The notes below the pieces were generated by a model. It had not been told where the DNA came from. It saw nothing but the letters and a program-made list of their open reading frames with translations, and searched no databases. Positions 1-9,031 of a stretch of DNA of 64,000 nt are shown here, piece by piece. This DNA comes from Leptospiraceae bacterium (lineage in GTDB: Bacteria; Spirochaetota; Leptospiria; Leptospirales; Leptonemataceae), in contig JAVJNR010000005.1 in NCBI GenBank assembly GCA_040217195.1, positions 128,001 through 192,000 on the forward strand, in the 5' to 3' direction. Numbering within the stretch: the stretch's first letter is position 1; each line of letters starts with the position of its first letter. A program made the translations under genes and the position numbers.

Positions 1-110
1 CCAGCAAAGCACGCATCCAGAAAAGAATGCAACGCTGCGCTCGATCCATTGGCCGCGAAGTGATCTTTAGAGATGGACGGCCAACTCTAATCGATCAGGA
101 AACCACTTGA
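1..110 (+). CDS. 3' end of a gene entering from the left edge (product unknown)
   Basis: Frame from position 3 is open (SKARIQKRMQRCARSIGREVIFRDGRPTLIDQETT) to TGA 108-110, which overlaps the TTG start of the next gene (TTGA). Confidence 0.55.
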   Translation, partial: SKARIQKRMQRCARSIGREVIFRDGRPTLIDQETT

Positions 111-634
111 TTCACAGTCCTGGAAGCTTTCAGATCACATTAAAGCTATTTCTTTGTGATCTGGAGTCGCAAATCGAACAATCATCCACAAATTCCGGGA
201 ATTTCATTAATCCAGCGGAAATAGCATCTCTGCTTGTACTCAAAGATCGGGGTACCGGCCAGGGAGATCTTCCCGGCGGACGCCTCAATCATGATGAAAT
301 CTATGAACCGTTTGAACTGAGCCTGGCTCGCGAAGTCAAGGAGGAGTTGGGAGATGTTTCCTGTGAAATCTATCCCGATCCAATATTTATCTTTCCGCAT
401 TTCGTAGAAAAAGATCAGGCCGATGCTCTGGGAGTAGCCTACATAGGACGATTTCTTCGCGGAGGCATCCAACTGTCCGAAGAGCATACTCAGTATTCAT
501 GGAGGCCTCTGGAAGCCCTTGTTCCGGAGTCAATGTTTGTGCATACGATGCTTGCAGCAGTACAGCGATTTCATGGTCAGCGCCAATTGTTTCTGGATCG
601 ACTGAAATCCGGGCAGATGATTACTTTGCCTTGA
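107..634 (+). CDS. NUDIX hydrolase
   Basis: Nudix-box-like LPGGRLNHDE...AREVKEELG; C-terminal LSEEH..Y.W motif. Confidence 0.8.
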   Translation: MIHSPGSFQITLKLFLCDLESQIEQSSTNSGNFINPAEIASLLVLKDRGTGQGDLPGGRLNHDEIYEPFELSLAREVKEELGDVSCEIYPDPIFIFPHFVEKDQADALGVAYIGRFLRGGIQLSEEHTQYSWRPLEALVPESMFVHTMLAAVQRFHGQRQLFLDRLKSGQMITLP

Positions 635-656
635 CCCATTAATTAGAGTTCCTCCT

Positions 657-1544
657 TTGAAACCCATGTCTAGATTCTCGCCAGCGGTAATTTCTATTTT
701 TGTTGTATGTATGGTTTTCTGTTCCCCGGGCGCCCAGGCCAGACAGGAACGGTATTCGGCTCCCCTGTCCCCGGGTTACCATAAGGATTTGCAGGAATCC
801 GGTGTTGCCTATGACATTTATGTTCCGGCTGCGGCCAATGAAAAAGACCAGGAAGTTCCCTACAGACTGCTTCTGGTTCTTCCTGGCTGGAAATTCGATA
901 AATCTAGATGGTTCAAAGAAACGGACCTGAAGCAATATGCGGATCGGCATTCTGTTATACTCGTTCTTCCGCAAATGCATACAAGCCTGTATGCCAGCAG
1001 CTACTTTCCGGAAACCAGATTGAAATGGAATCCCTCTCCTGGACTTGCCTTCCTGAACACTAAATTCATCCCGGGATTAAGGAGTAAGTACGGCCTTTTC
1101 CAGCCCGGGAAGCAGAACTATTTGCTGGGCTTATCCACCGGAGGACGGGGCGTAGCGTTGATCGCATTGAGTAACCCGGGACTCTTTGAGGCTGGCGCTT
1201 CTTTCTCCGGAGACTTCGATCAGAGCGTAATGCCCACAGATAAACTCATGACTGCGCTTTACGGACCATTTGAGCGTTATTCGAAGCGCTGGAGAACCAT
1301 CGACAACCCGGTGCATCTTGCCGATCAATGGACCATGCCATTGTACCTTTCCCATGGCAAGGCCGACCGAATTGTTCCTCCGGACCAGACTCGCCGCTTC
1401 TATGAAGCGATTCAAAGGAAGCAGGGCCCCTCTGTAGATGTGAAACTGAATATGGTAGAAGGCTCGGCTCACGATTTTACGTTCTGGAACCAGCAACTGG
1501 AACCTGCATTTCAGTTCTTCGCAAAATACTTCAATGGCAAATAG
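657..1544 (+). CDS. Secreted alpha/beta-hydrolase (esterase/S9 peptidase-like)
   Basis: Signal peptide (AQA), nucleophile elbow GLSTGG, HGKAD (Asp) and HDF (His) triad motifs. Confidence 0.8.
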   Translation: MKPMSRFSPAVISIFVVCMVFCSPGAQARQERYSAPLSPGYHKDLQESGVAYDIYVPAAANEKDQEVPYRLLLVLPGWKFDKSRWFKETDLKQYADRHSVILVLPQMHTSLYASSYFPETRLKWNPSPGLAFLNTKFIPGLRSKYGLFQPGKQNYLLGLSTGGRGVALIALSNPGLFEAGASFSGDFDQSVMPTDKLMTALYGPFERYSKRWRTIDNPVHLADQWTMPLYLSHGKADRIVPPDQTRRFYEAIQRKQGPSVDVKLNMVEGSAHDFTFWNQQLEPAFQFFAKYFNGK

Positions 1545-2373
1545 CTACGATCTCACAGACCGCGAATTCAAAGAAATTCGAGACCTTTTCTACAGCCTGT
1601 CCGGAGTATTACTTGCCGACACAAAGCGAAGCCTGATGGCCGGACGACTGGCGAAAATTCTGCGAGAGTTACAGCTCGATACATACCAGCAATATGCGGA
1701 CTACGTTCGCTCGGATCGATCAGGCCAGGAAAAACAACGACTGGTTGATACTCTGACCACAAATGAAACCTACTTCTTTCGCGAGGATGCCCATTTCGAA
1801 TTACTGCGAAATGAATTAATTCCGGAATTAAAGAGCCGAAACCGACCGCCAATTACCATCTGGAGCGCCGCATGTTCTACTGGACCGGAGCCCTACTCGG
1901 CTGCCATGGAGCTGGCCAACTTACTTGGATTTAGCGGATGGCAGATCTCTGGAAGCGATATTTCTCATAGAACGGTAAAGCAGGCCGCCTCCGGACTGTA
2001 TCCGCTTGAAATGGTGGAGAGGATTCCAGAGCCCTACAGAAAAAGATTCTGCCTGAAGGGCGTCCGTTCCCAGGAAGGCAAGTTTATCATCCGAAAAGAA
2101 ATCAGAGATCAATGCCAATTCTTCACCTGGAATCTAATGACTCGACCTGCAGGCTTTGGTCCATTTGATATTATTTTCCTGCGCAATATGCTGATTTACT
2201 TTAATCCAGATGAAAAAGAAACCATCATAAGAAATATAGTTTCTGCCCTTCGTCCGGACGGTTATTTGATCGTAGGTCATTCCGAAGCGTTGAATTTTGC
2301 ACAGTCCTATCTGGACAAGGTGCGGCCTACGGTGTATAGGCCCCTGGGAAGTAACTTTAGCCAGGCAGGTTAG
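1534..2373 (+). CDS. cheR: Chemotaxis protein-glutamate methyltransferase CheR
   Basis: TTNETYFFRE, IWSAACSTGPEPYS, FDIIFLRNMLIYF and GYLIVGHSE motifs. Confidence 0.95.
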   Translation: MANSYDLTDREFKEIRDLFYSLSGVLLADTKRSLMAGRLAKILRELQLDTYQQYADYVRSDRSGQEKQRLVDTLTTNETYFFREDAHFELLRNELIPELKSRNRPPITIWSAACSTGPEPYSAAMELANLLGFSGWQISGSDISHRTVKQAASGLYPLEMVERIPEPYRKRFCLKGVRSQEGKFIIRKEIRDQCQFFTWNLMTRPAGFGPFDIIFLRNMLIYFNPDEKETIIRNIVSALRPDGYLIVGHSEALNFAQSYLDKVRPTVYRPLGSNFSQAG

Positions 2374-2449
2374 TAAGGGTGCTGCGAAGGAATTCCGTAG
2401 AGTTCGGTAGCACTGCTCACTGGTATCAGAACAAAGAATTAGTTTTTCC

Positions 2450-3328
2450 ATGAAATCTTCGATCTTATATTCTCTGGTTTTTACTCTGGCACTGGCCGGA
2501 ATTTCGATTTACCAGTCTCTACATCTAACACAGCCCAGGAAATTCATCCTGGCCACTGCAAGGCTGGCTCAGACACCAGGCGGTCTTGATCAGCATGATT
2601 TCCATGGACCGGCAGCCCTGCTGGATGGCTCCAGAGGATCGACTTCCTACATGTCTTATCCACTGGGACCGGAAGGCAAAAATTATTTCTGGCTGGAAAT
2701 GGCAGTAAGTCATTTTCCCGAGTTGCTATCCGCTTCAGGCCATAACCATCTATCCAGGAGAGTCCAAGCCACCGGCACACCCTCGGATGGACTGACGTTG
2801 CTATCCTCACTTCAGCCGAATCGCTCCATACGATTTCAGCGCCGCATTCCGGATCGAATCAGAATTACAAATGGCTCCTGTGATTCGAATCTGGAAAATG
2901 GGAATCAGGGCTTAAACTACAACCCATCTGGTGGCGACGCAAATACCCAACCGTTTGTCAAGATTCGTAGAGCTCGCCTGGATTTCTATTATCGTCCTTT
3001 GAATGATCCAGACCAGGACTTTGGTTATCCGCAGTCCAATCCCGTGGGTAGCTTTGAAATTGAAGTGCCGGACCAGGCAATGAACTTTGATTTTCCGTTA
3101 AAGTTACCAGAGCCTGCAGATTCTGCCCACTTTCCCGGAGGGATGCATATGATTCTGCTCAAGCTAACCATTCTTGAAGTGCAGCCGGCTACTGCACCGA
3201 AAAAGGACACCGCCCGGACCATTCTGGATGCCAGAAAAGAGGGGCCCATTCTATCCATTTGCGAAATTCAATACGCGGATCGTCCGGCCGGAGTGGACGA
3301 ATCGGAGGATTTTTTCGTTTTCTGGTAA
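2450..3328 (+). CDS. Hypothetical exported or membrane-anchored protein
   Basis: 292-aa ORF with hydrophobic N-terminus filling the gap between cheR and panB. Confidence 0.65.
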   Translation: MKSSILYSLVFTLALAGISIYQSLHLTQPRKFILATARLAQTPGGLDQHDFHGPAALLDGSRGSTSYMSYPLGPEGKNYFWLEMAVSHFPELLSASGHNHLSRRVQATGTPSDGLTLLSSLQPNRSIRFQRRIPDRIRITNGSCDSNLENGNQGLNYNPSGGDANTQPFVKIRRARLDFYYRPLNDPDQDFGYPQSNPVGSFEIEVPDQAMNFDFPLKLPEPADSAHFPGGMHMILLKLTILEVQPATAPKKDTARTILDARKEGPILSICEIQYADRPAGVDESEDFFVFW

Positions 3329-3353
3329 AGGCACTTTAAAAGGCTCAGTACTG

Positions 3354-4175
3354 ATGGCTCAAAATAGACTGAAATATCCATCTCATTGGCTCAAGGCCCA
3401 TAAAGAGGGCCGACGAATTGCAATGTGCACCTGCTATGATCACTCCATTGCATCTTTAATGTCCGGCACGAACGTGGATGCCATTCTTGTGGGAGATTCC
3501 ATGGGCATGGTTGTTCAGGGCAAACGCTCCACCGTGCCTGTAACCCTGGATCAAATCATTTACCACGCAGAAATGGTGCGCCGTGGAGCCCCGGAACAGT
3601 TCCTGATCGTAGATATGCCTGCCGGTAGCTATCATTCTTCGATTGAATCGGCCGTGGACAATGCAATGCGAATTATGAAAGAAACCGGTGCCGATGGAGT
3701 TAAGCTGGAGGGCTCATCGCCTTTTCTGATCCAGGTGGTTACCAGGCTGGTGGAATCCGGCATTCCGGTGATGGGTCATACTGGACTTACTCCACAGAGC
3801 GTACTTACGGCCGGCGGATACAGAGTGCAGGGAAAGACCACTGAGAGCGCTGCTCTTTTAAAAGAAGCAGCCCTTTCGCTTCAAGAAGCTGGATGTTTCG
3901 GTCTATTACTGGAACTGGTAGAAGCCAATGTAGCCCGGGAGTTAACTGAAACCCTGAACATCCCTACCATCGGCATTGGTTCCGGCGCAGGAACATCTGG
4001 TCAGGTCCTGGTACTGCACGATCTTCTGGGGCTGGATCCAAACTTTTCACCGAAGCATACCAGGAAGTTCACTGATCTGGCATCCCCCATAGTCCAGGCT
4101 TTAAACCAGTATGCGGATGAAGTGCAAAACGGTAGCTTTCCCGGTCCAGAAAACTCCTTCTTCGCTGAACCCTGA
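3354..4175 (+). CDS. panB: 3-methyl-2-oxobutanoate hydroxymethyltransferase
   Basis: TCYD, ILVGDSMGMV, VKLEG, GHTGLTPQS, PTIGIGSG and GQVLVLHDLLG motifs; ATG at 3354 preferred over the longer ORF-track start. Confidence 0.95.
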   Translation: MAQNRLKYPSHWLKAHKEGRRIAMCTCYDHSIASLMSGTNVDAILVGDSMGMVVQGKRSTVPVTLDQIIYHAEMVRRGAPEQFLIVDMPAGSYHSSIESAVDNAMRIMKETGADGVKLEGSSPFLIQVVTRLVESGIPVMGHTGLTPQSVLTAGGYRVQGKTTESAALLKEAALSLQEAGCFGLLLELVEANVARELTETLNIPTIGIGSGAGTSGQVLVLHDLLGLDPNFSPKHTRKFTDLASPIVQALNQYADEVQNGSFPGPENSFFAEP

Positions 4176-4286
4176 AATCTAATACCGAACCTCTATTGTA
4201 GATTCAGTGTTAGGGCAAGTCATTGGATCAATTGAAGGATTAATTGGATGCTTCCGGACGAAGCAATGTCCGGGTCTTCAAGTCAT

Positions 4287-4698
4287 GGCGAATCCGACGG
4301 TTATCGAATGCCCGGATCAGCTTCCGGATCGCTGTCAAGTATTCCAGCAACATGCAAAGTGCAGATCTGCCCCCACTCGCGACAAAAGGCGAACCCGACG
4401 GTTATCGAATGCCCGGATCAGCTTCCGGATCGCTGTCAAGGATTCCAGGAACATGCAAAGTGCAGATTTGCCCCCGCTCGCGACAAAAGGCGAACCCGAC
4501 GGCTATCGAATGCCCGGATCAGCTTCCGGATCGCTGTCAAGGATTCCAGTAACATGCAAAGTGCAGATATGCCCCCACTCGCGACAAAAGGCGAACTCGA
4601 CGATTATCGAATGCCCGGATCAGCTTCCGGATCGCTGTCAAGGATTCCAGTAACATGCAAAGTGCAGATTTGCCCACACTCGCGACAAAAGGCGAACC
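4287..4698. repeat. Tandem array of four near-identical 101-bp units plus an 8-bp partial fifth
   Basis: Units start GGCGAA at 4287, 4388, 4489, 4590 and 4691; only a few substitutions between copies and no spacers. Confidence 0.97.
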
Positions 4699-4771
4699 AC
4701 GCTGCGCCCCGGGCCCTCGAGGATGGCATGCCGAGACTGAATGAGATATTCAATGATACTCAAACAATTTA

Positions 4772-4800
4772 TTGGACTCTGACATTTAATTGCCTATAAT
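4772..4800 (+). promoter_or_regulatory. Sigma-70-type promoter, probably giving a leaderless mRNA
   Basis: TTGGAC-N17-TATAAT, 6 nt before ATG 4807; no Shine-Dalgarno. Confidence 0.65.
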
Positions 4801-4806
4801 TGATGA

Positions 4807-5244
4807 ATGAATGTCTTAGGACGAACTCTGGCTTTTCTGCTGATTGTCATCCATGGCGGTTTGCTAATCTGGGCCCTGGTCGGATTTCTAGAATTTCATC
4901 CTGAGTGGGTTTTTACCGATATTTCCAACCCTCTGTTCGGTCGGACCACTCTACTCTGGCAATGGTCCATTGTTGCTGTGGCATCCCTGGCCTACCTTCT
5001 GGGGTTTGGTTTTCGCATGCACTGGCTTCCGGAAATCATGACTGTGTTTTACGGAGTGATGGCTATTACATGTGCATATCAGACATTTTTCATATTGTTA
5101 CACGACTCTAGATTTATGCAAATGGCAATCGAGTTTCTGGAATACACTCTGATTCTCTGGATTCTATACAGAAATGTCTGGTTTGAGCGATGGCTGGGTC
5201 GAAAGCAGAATACTCCTACAGGCTCTGTTGAAACAGACAGATAG
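4807..5244 (+). CDS. Hypothetical integral membrane protein (about 4 TM)
   Basis: 145-aa ORF with four hydrophobic stretches and its own promoter. Confidence 0.75.
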   Translation: MNVLGRTLAFLLIVIHGGLLIWALVGFLEFHPEWVFTDISNPLFGRTTLLWQWSIVAVASLAYLLGFGFRMHWLPEIMTVFYGVMAITCAYQTFFILLHDSRFMQMAIEFLEYTLILWILYRNVWFERWLGRKQNTPTGSVETDR

Positions 5245-5306
5245 ATTGCCGATTTCCGATTGGAGCAGCCGGGTTGTGCCCTGGAGATACAGCGAAGCTT
5301 AGAATT

Positions 5307-5774
5307 CTAACGCATCCATTCTTGCTGAATCTGATCTGTGGTAACAGACGATGGCAAAGAGCGCTCATAGCTTTCTTTTTGGAACTTACGAATCTGCTTC
5401 TGGATTTCTTCCGGAAGTTCACTAACATCTCTTTCTCTGGGCAGCTGACTTTCCATACTATAATAGATGTCTGCGGCCAGCGTCATTCCCGGAGTCTGGG
5501 ATAGCTGCTGCGAATACTCATCGTATAGCATGTCTTCAAAAATATCCTGGCGGTTTCCGCCATAGAGCGGATTATCCTCTTTATTGATAGTCTTTCGCAT
5601 GCTATCCAGCATCATATCAAAGAAAAGCCCCTGAAACTTTTGTGCCGTTTCGTAGAGTTTCTTTCGCTCGCCAGTAAGTTCCATCTTCGCTGGATCCGGA
5701 CGAGTTTCAATATTCGAAGAAGAGTGCCTGCCCTGCAATTCCTGGGGAATCGGCTTATCCAGAGAGATATCCAT
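5307..5774 (-). CDS. flgJ: Rod-binding FlgJ-like protein (no muramidase domain)
   Basis: KLYETAQKFQGLFFDMMLDSMRK...DIFEDMLYDEYS...GMTLA pattern; follows flgI. Confidence 0.8.
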   Translation of the reverse strand: MDISLDKPIPQELQGRHSSSNIETRPDPAKMELTGERKKLYETAQKFQGLFFDMMLDSMRKTINKEDNPLYGGNRQDIFEDMLYDEYSQQLSQTPGMTLAADIYYSMESQLPRERDVSELPEEIQKQIRKFQKESYERSLPSSVTTDQIQQEWMR

Positions 5775-5830
5775 ACTATGAATGTCGGTTCTGGCTGGAA
5801 TTCCTGAAGTAAAAGGAGATGTAATAATGA

Positions 5831-5858
5831 AGCTTAAAGTTCCCGGGGTCTATGTCAA
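5831..5858 (-). promoter_or_regulatory. Candidate sigma-70 promoter upstream of flgJ
   Basis: Minus strand TTGACA-N16-TAAGCT. Confidence 0.45.
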
Positions 5859-5998
5859 CGAATGTCCTGGGCCTGGTAATAGCCACCAGCAGAGGTCCCC
5901 GGATCACCAGGAGGTATGGCGCATCCGCATAGATTTCCCTTGCATGCTATGCCCTGGAAGGCCTGCCAATGAATTTGGAGGCCGCAGAAAGGGGGAAA

Positions 5999-7108
5999 TT
6001 ACATGACTACCAGTTCAGCATGCAGGGCGCCCGAATCTCTTAGAGCTTCCAGAATGGATATGATATCCTGGACTGTAGCTCCCATTTCATTCAGGGCTTC
6101 CACTATCTCGGCAATAGAGGCACCGGAAAACTCCCTGGTTGTTTCCCGGGCCTTTTCATTCCCAGCTGGAGGGGCCACATAGACTCCCTGGTATGCTTCC
6201 CTGGATGAGTTGATCTGGAGCTGAATCCCGCCTCTTGAAATGGCTACTGGATCAACCCGAATTTCGCCGCCCATGACAATAGTGCCGGTTCTTTCATTGA
6301 TAACCACTCGGGCCGGATAACTGGGCTCAACGCGAAGCTGTTCCACCTGGGCAATCCAGGATACAGGCTCTTCGTTCTCTGGAACGGTTATCACCACCGA
6401 CGAACCGTCGATGGCTGCTTTGAGTTCTGGAAAGCTACTTTGAACCTTCTTATGTACACGGTCCAGCGTCGTAAAATCAAACGATTTCAGCTGTATTCTA
6501 ATTTCTCGGCTTTTGAAAAGGCTTTCCTGCAAATCCTTTTCTACCATAGCGCCATTGAGAACTACACCTACGGTGCGGCCTGCATCATCGTTTTGATTTC
6601 TTCGGTCCGTGGCTGAAATAACTCCCTGAGCCACGGCATAAATAGTATCGTTGCCTGCCTGGAGAGGCGTTTGAATCAAAACTCCGTTTTCCAGGCTCTT
6701 CGCATCTCCAATGCTGGATACAGTTACATTGATTCGATCCCCTTTTCGTGCGAAAGCTGGAATCTCTGCGGTTACGATCACCGCTGCAATGTTTCTTGCT
6801 CTCAGCTCCTTTTCCGAAAAGTTCTGACCCAGGTTACCCAGCAAATTCTGGATGGATGTGCTGGCCAGGGTGCTTCTGGTATCGCCAGTTCCTGGAAGTC
6901 CAACAACAATTCCATACCCCAGAAGCTGATTGGTTCGAACCCCCTGAATTCTGGCCAGGTCTTTTAGTCGAACCCCTTTTTCATTGGAAGGCTCCTCGCC
7001 TCTGGAAGTCATGGGAAGAATTACAAAAACAATCAGAAGAGCGATTAGAATACCCGGCAGCCTGATTCTGCCGGCAAGGCCCGGGCGCTGTGAATTCAGA
7101 AGTCTCAC
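5999..7108 (-). CDS. flgI: Flagellar P-ring protein
   Basis: RLKDLARIQGVRTNQLLGYGIVVGLPGTGD, ARVVINERTGTIVMG and GALHAEL motifs. Confidence 0.95.
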   Translation of the reverse strand: MRLLNSQRPGLAGRIRLPGILIALLIVFVILPMTSRGEEPSNEKGVRLKDLARIQGVRTNQLLGYGIVVGLPGTGDTRSTLASTSIQNLLGNLGQNFSEKELRARNIAAVIVTAEIPAFARKGDRINVTVSSIGDAKSLENGVLIQTPLQAGNDTIYAVAQGVISATDRRNQNDDAGRTVGVVLNGAMVEKDLQESLFKSREIRIQLKSFDFTTLDRVHKKVQSSFPELKAAIDGSSVVITVPENEEPVSWIAQVEQLRVEPSYPARVVINERTGTIVMGGEIRVDPVAISRGGIQLQINSSREAYQGVYVAPPAGNEKARETTREFSGASIAEIVEALNEMGATVQDIISILEALRDSGALHAELVVM

Positions 7109-7854
7109 TGGCTAACTTCTCCACTTTCGCCCAGGATCCGGTTCAAGTACTCCAGCAGGATTTGTTGCTTTTCAGCATCGCTTAACTCGGCGCTGGGCTG
7201 AGCCGGATCTCCGGGATTTTCACCTGCATTCTGTTTCATCTGAATATTATCGCGGCTGGCATCAGGTCCGCCCTGAATCACAACCTGAAGATCGGCCACC
7301 CTGGATGAATGGATGGTTTTACCGGGCATGATATCTCCAGCATTGACTCTACCCGTTACCTGCACTGCCTGTCTTGCAGTTCCCTGTTGATAGGCCAAAA
7401 GTTTGGTACCACTGAAGGTTACGGTACCTGTGTTCTGATCAATTCCCTGAATCGTTACGGCCAGATCCATAACCAGACGGCCTCTGCTTCGGATCCGGGC
7501 ATCTTTTTTCTCAGTTATGGTGCGGGTATCGTCCGCCGGAGGAAGGAATTCGAATAGTTTGGAATCGGGAACCATCTTGATCTGCACTTCATCCATCAAA
7601 TCCCCTTCCAGAAGATAATCCACAACCATGGGTTCTCGGATCTGCAATTTCAGGATTTCGCCTTCTCGCAATTCTATTGAGATTCCATAGGGATTTTTGT
7701 CCTGCCAGAGGTCTTCTGCATTTAGAAAAGCCCCGCGTAGGATAAGAGGTAAAACAAATACGGCCAGAGCTGAAAGTAGAACTGTCGCTACAAATGAGTA
7801 GCCCTGGGATCGCAATTGTCTGTGCCTTACAATTTCTCTGGATTCATGGCTCAT
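7105..7854 (-). CDS. flgH: Flagellar L-ring protein (FlgH family)
   Basis: Lies between flgA and flgI; LWQDKNPY, GEILKLQIRE and TGRVNAGDI...IHSSRVADL resemble FlgH; start set at ATG 7854. Confidence 0.75.
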   Translation of the reverse strand: MSHESREIVRHRQLRSQGYSFVATVLLSALAVFVLPLILRGAFLNAEDLWQDKNPYGISIELREGEILKLQIREPMVVDYLLEGDLMDEVQIKMVPDSKLFEFLPPADDTRTITEKKDARIRSRGRLVMDLAVTIQGIDQNTGTVTFSGTKLLAYQQGTARQAVQVTGRVNAGDIMPGKTIHSSRVADLQVVIQGGPDASRDNIQMKQNAGENPGDPAQPSAELSDAEKQQILLEYLNRILGESGEVSQ

Positions 7855-8806
7855 AGACGGCGCTCCTATCTGAAACAATTCGCGCTTTCTTGATAACTGA
7901 TTTGTTCCTAAAAGCCAGAATTCGCACAGGGATTTGATCTCCCACATTGCCATCCTTGTAAGCAACGCAACGAATCTTCAAAACCAGTCCAGGCTTCTGA
8001 TATATCAAATCCATGCTCTGGCCACGACGAATATCCGGAGTTTCCTGGATGGCCGGTGACTGCAGCACGTCTCCCTTCTTCACGGGTGCATTTAGCTTCC
8101 AACCATGGATGTTTTCGCCTGAATAATCCTTTAACTTTCCATCCGTGTATCGGACTTCTAGCTTATAGTCCCCTTCCTTGATGGTTTCTCCAAAGTTCAG
8201 ATTTCTCTGAGCAACAGGCACTCGAACCTTTTGAAGAATGCGAACTGGCACGGTCTGTCTGAAAATAATTCTCTTTCCCTGCTCGGGATCCATTACATCC
8301 ACTGTAATGTTTCGGTGCCCCGGACCAGGCTGAAGACCACTGAATTTGATAATCGAATGCAGTCTGGAATTGTACAGAATTCCTTTCCGGGCTTCTACGC
8401 GATAGAGTCCTGGATCGTGCGGACTGTTTTCCATAATGCCTTCAAAGAATTCCCCGGTTTCTGTAGCAGACAGCTTTTCTGTCAGTGGAATGACCCAGAT
8501 GCCCTTGCCGTAAATACTGCTCTCTATTCCTCCGCTTTGAAGCAATGCCTGTTTTAATCGATCATCCGAAAGATACAGAGGTGCATCCAGACTTTCCATC
8601 ACCACCTTTTCGGAGAATTGCATGGAAGCCCCATCCAGGGTGCCCAGATCCGATAGTTTCACAGGAAAGCTCTCTATAACAGCCACTGGCTTCAGCTTGA
8701 GAGTCAATGATGGATGACCCTGATTTGCAAAACTCTGGCTTTCTCCCTGTAAGAATGATGGAAGTAGCAGACATGGAAGTAATACCAGAGTAGCCAGTCG
8801 ATGCAT
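7844..8806 (-). CDS. flgA: Flagellar P-ring formation chaperone FlgA
   Basis: Signal peptide from ATG 8806; SAF-like VAQRNLNFGETI and C-terminal IRRGQ...DGNVGDQIPVR; gene order. Confidence 0.8.
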   Translation of the reverse strand: MHRLATLVLLPCLLLPSFLQGESQSFANQGHPSLTLKLKPVAVIESFPVKLSDLGTLDGASMQFSEKVVMESLDAPLYLSDDRLKQALLQSGGIESSIYGKGIWVIPLTEKLSATETGEFFEGIMENSPHDPGLYRVEARKGILYNSRLHSIIKFSGLQPGPGHRNITVDVMDPEQGKRIIFRQTVPVRILQKVRVPVAQRNLNFGETIKEGDYKLEVRYTDGKLKDYSGENIHGWKLNAPVKKGDVLQSPAIQETPDIRRGQSMDLIYQKPGLVLKIRCVAYKDGNVGDQIPVRILAFRNKSVIKKARIVSDRSAVYEP

Positions 8807-8949
8807 GCCAACTCCTCCGAACAGAGAACGGATTAGCCCGAATTGAACCGGGGCACAAAGGCTGGATTTTGACACTGGCATAAAGTACCTGTATTGGATG
8901 AAGTCCAGAACTGCGATCCCACAACTTTGCAGGTAAAACATGAATGTAG

Positions 8950-8981
8950 AAAAAAGGCATCCGAAGCCGAAGCTTCGGATG
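8950..8981 (-). terminator. Intrinsic terminator after flgG
   Basis: Minus strand CATCCGAAGC-TTCG-GCTTCGGATG followed by CCTTTTTT (10-bp stem, cUUCGg loop). Confidence 0.8.
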
Positions 8982-9031
8982 TAACACAGGATACGCGGTC
9001 TTGGAAAAAACACAGTATTGCACCTGCGCAA

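Noticed and set aside
3174..3353. N-terminal extensions in the ORF track (panB; likewise flgH, flgA, ferredoxin, nupC, uvrA, tetR)
   Set aside because: Family homology begins at downstream ATGs, and several extensions overlap neighbouring genes or terminators
4287..4698. CRISPR array
   Set aside because: Whole 101-bp units repeat with no unique spacers, and no cas genes are in the window
4207..4799. Three overlapping + strand ORFs across the repeat
   Set aside because: They cycle through the same three peptides because the period is not divisible by 3; no RBS or recognisable domain
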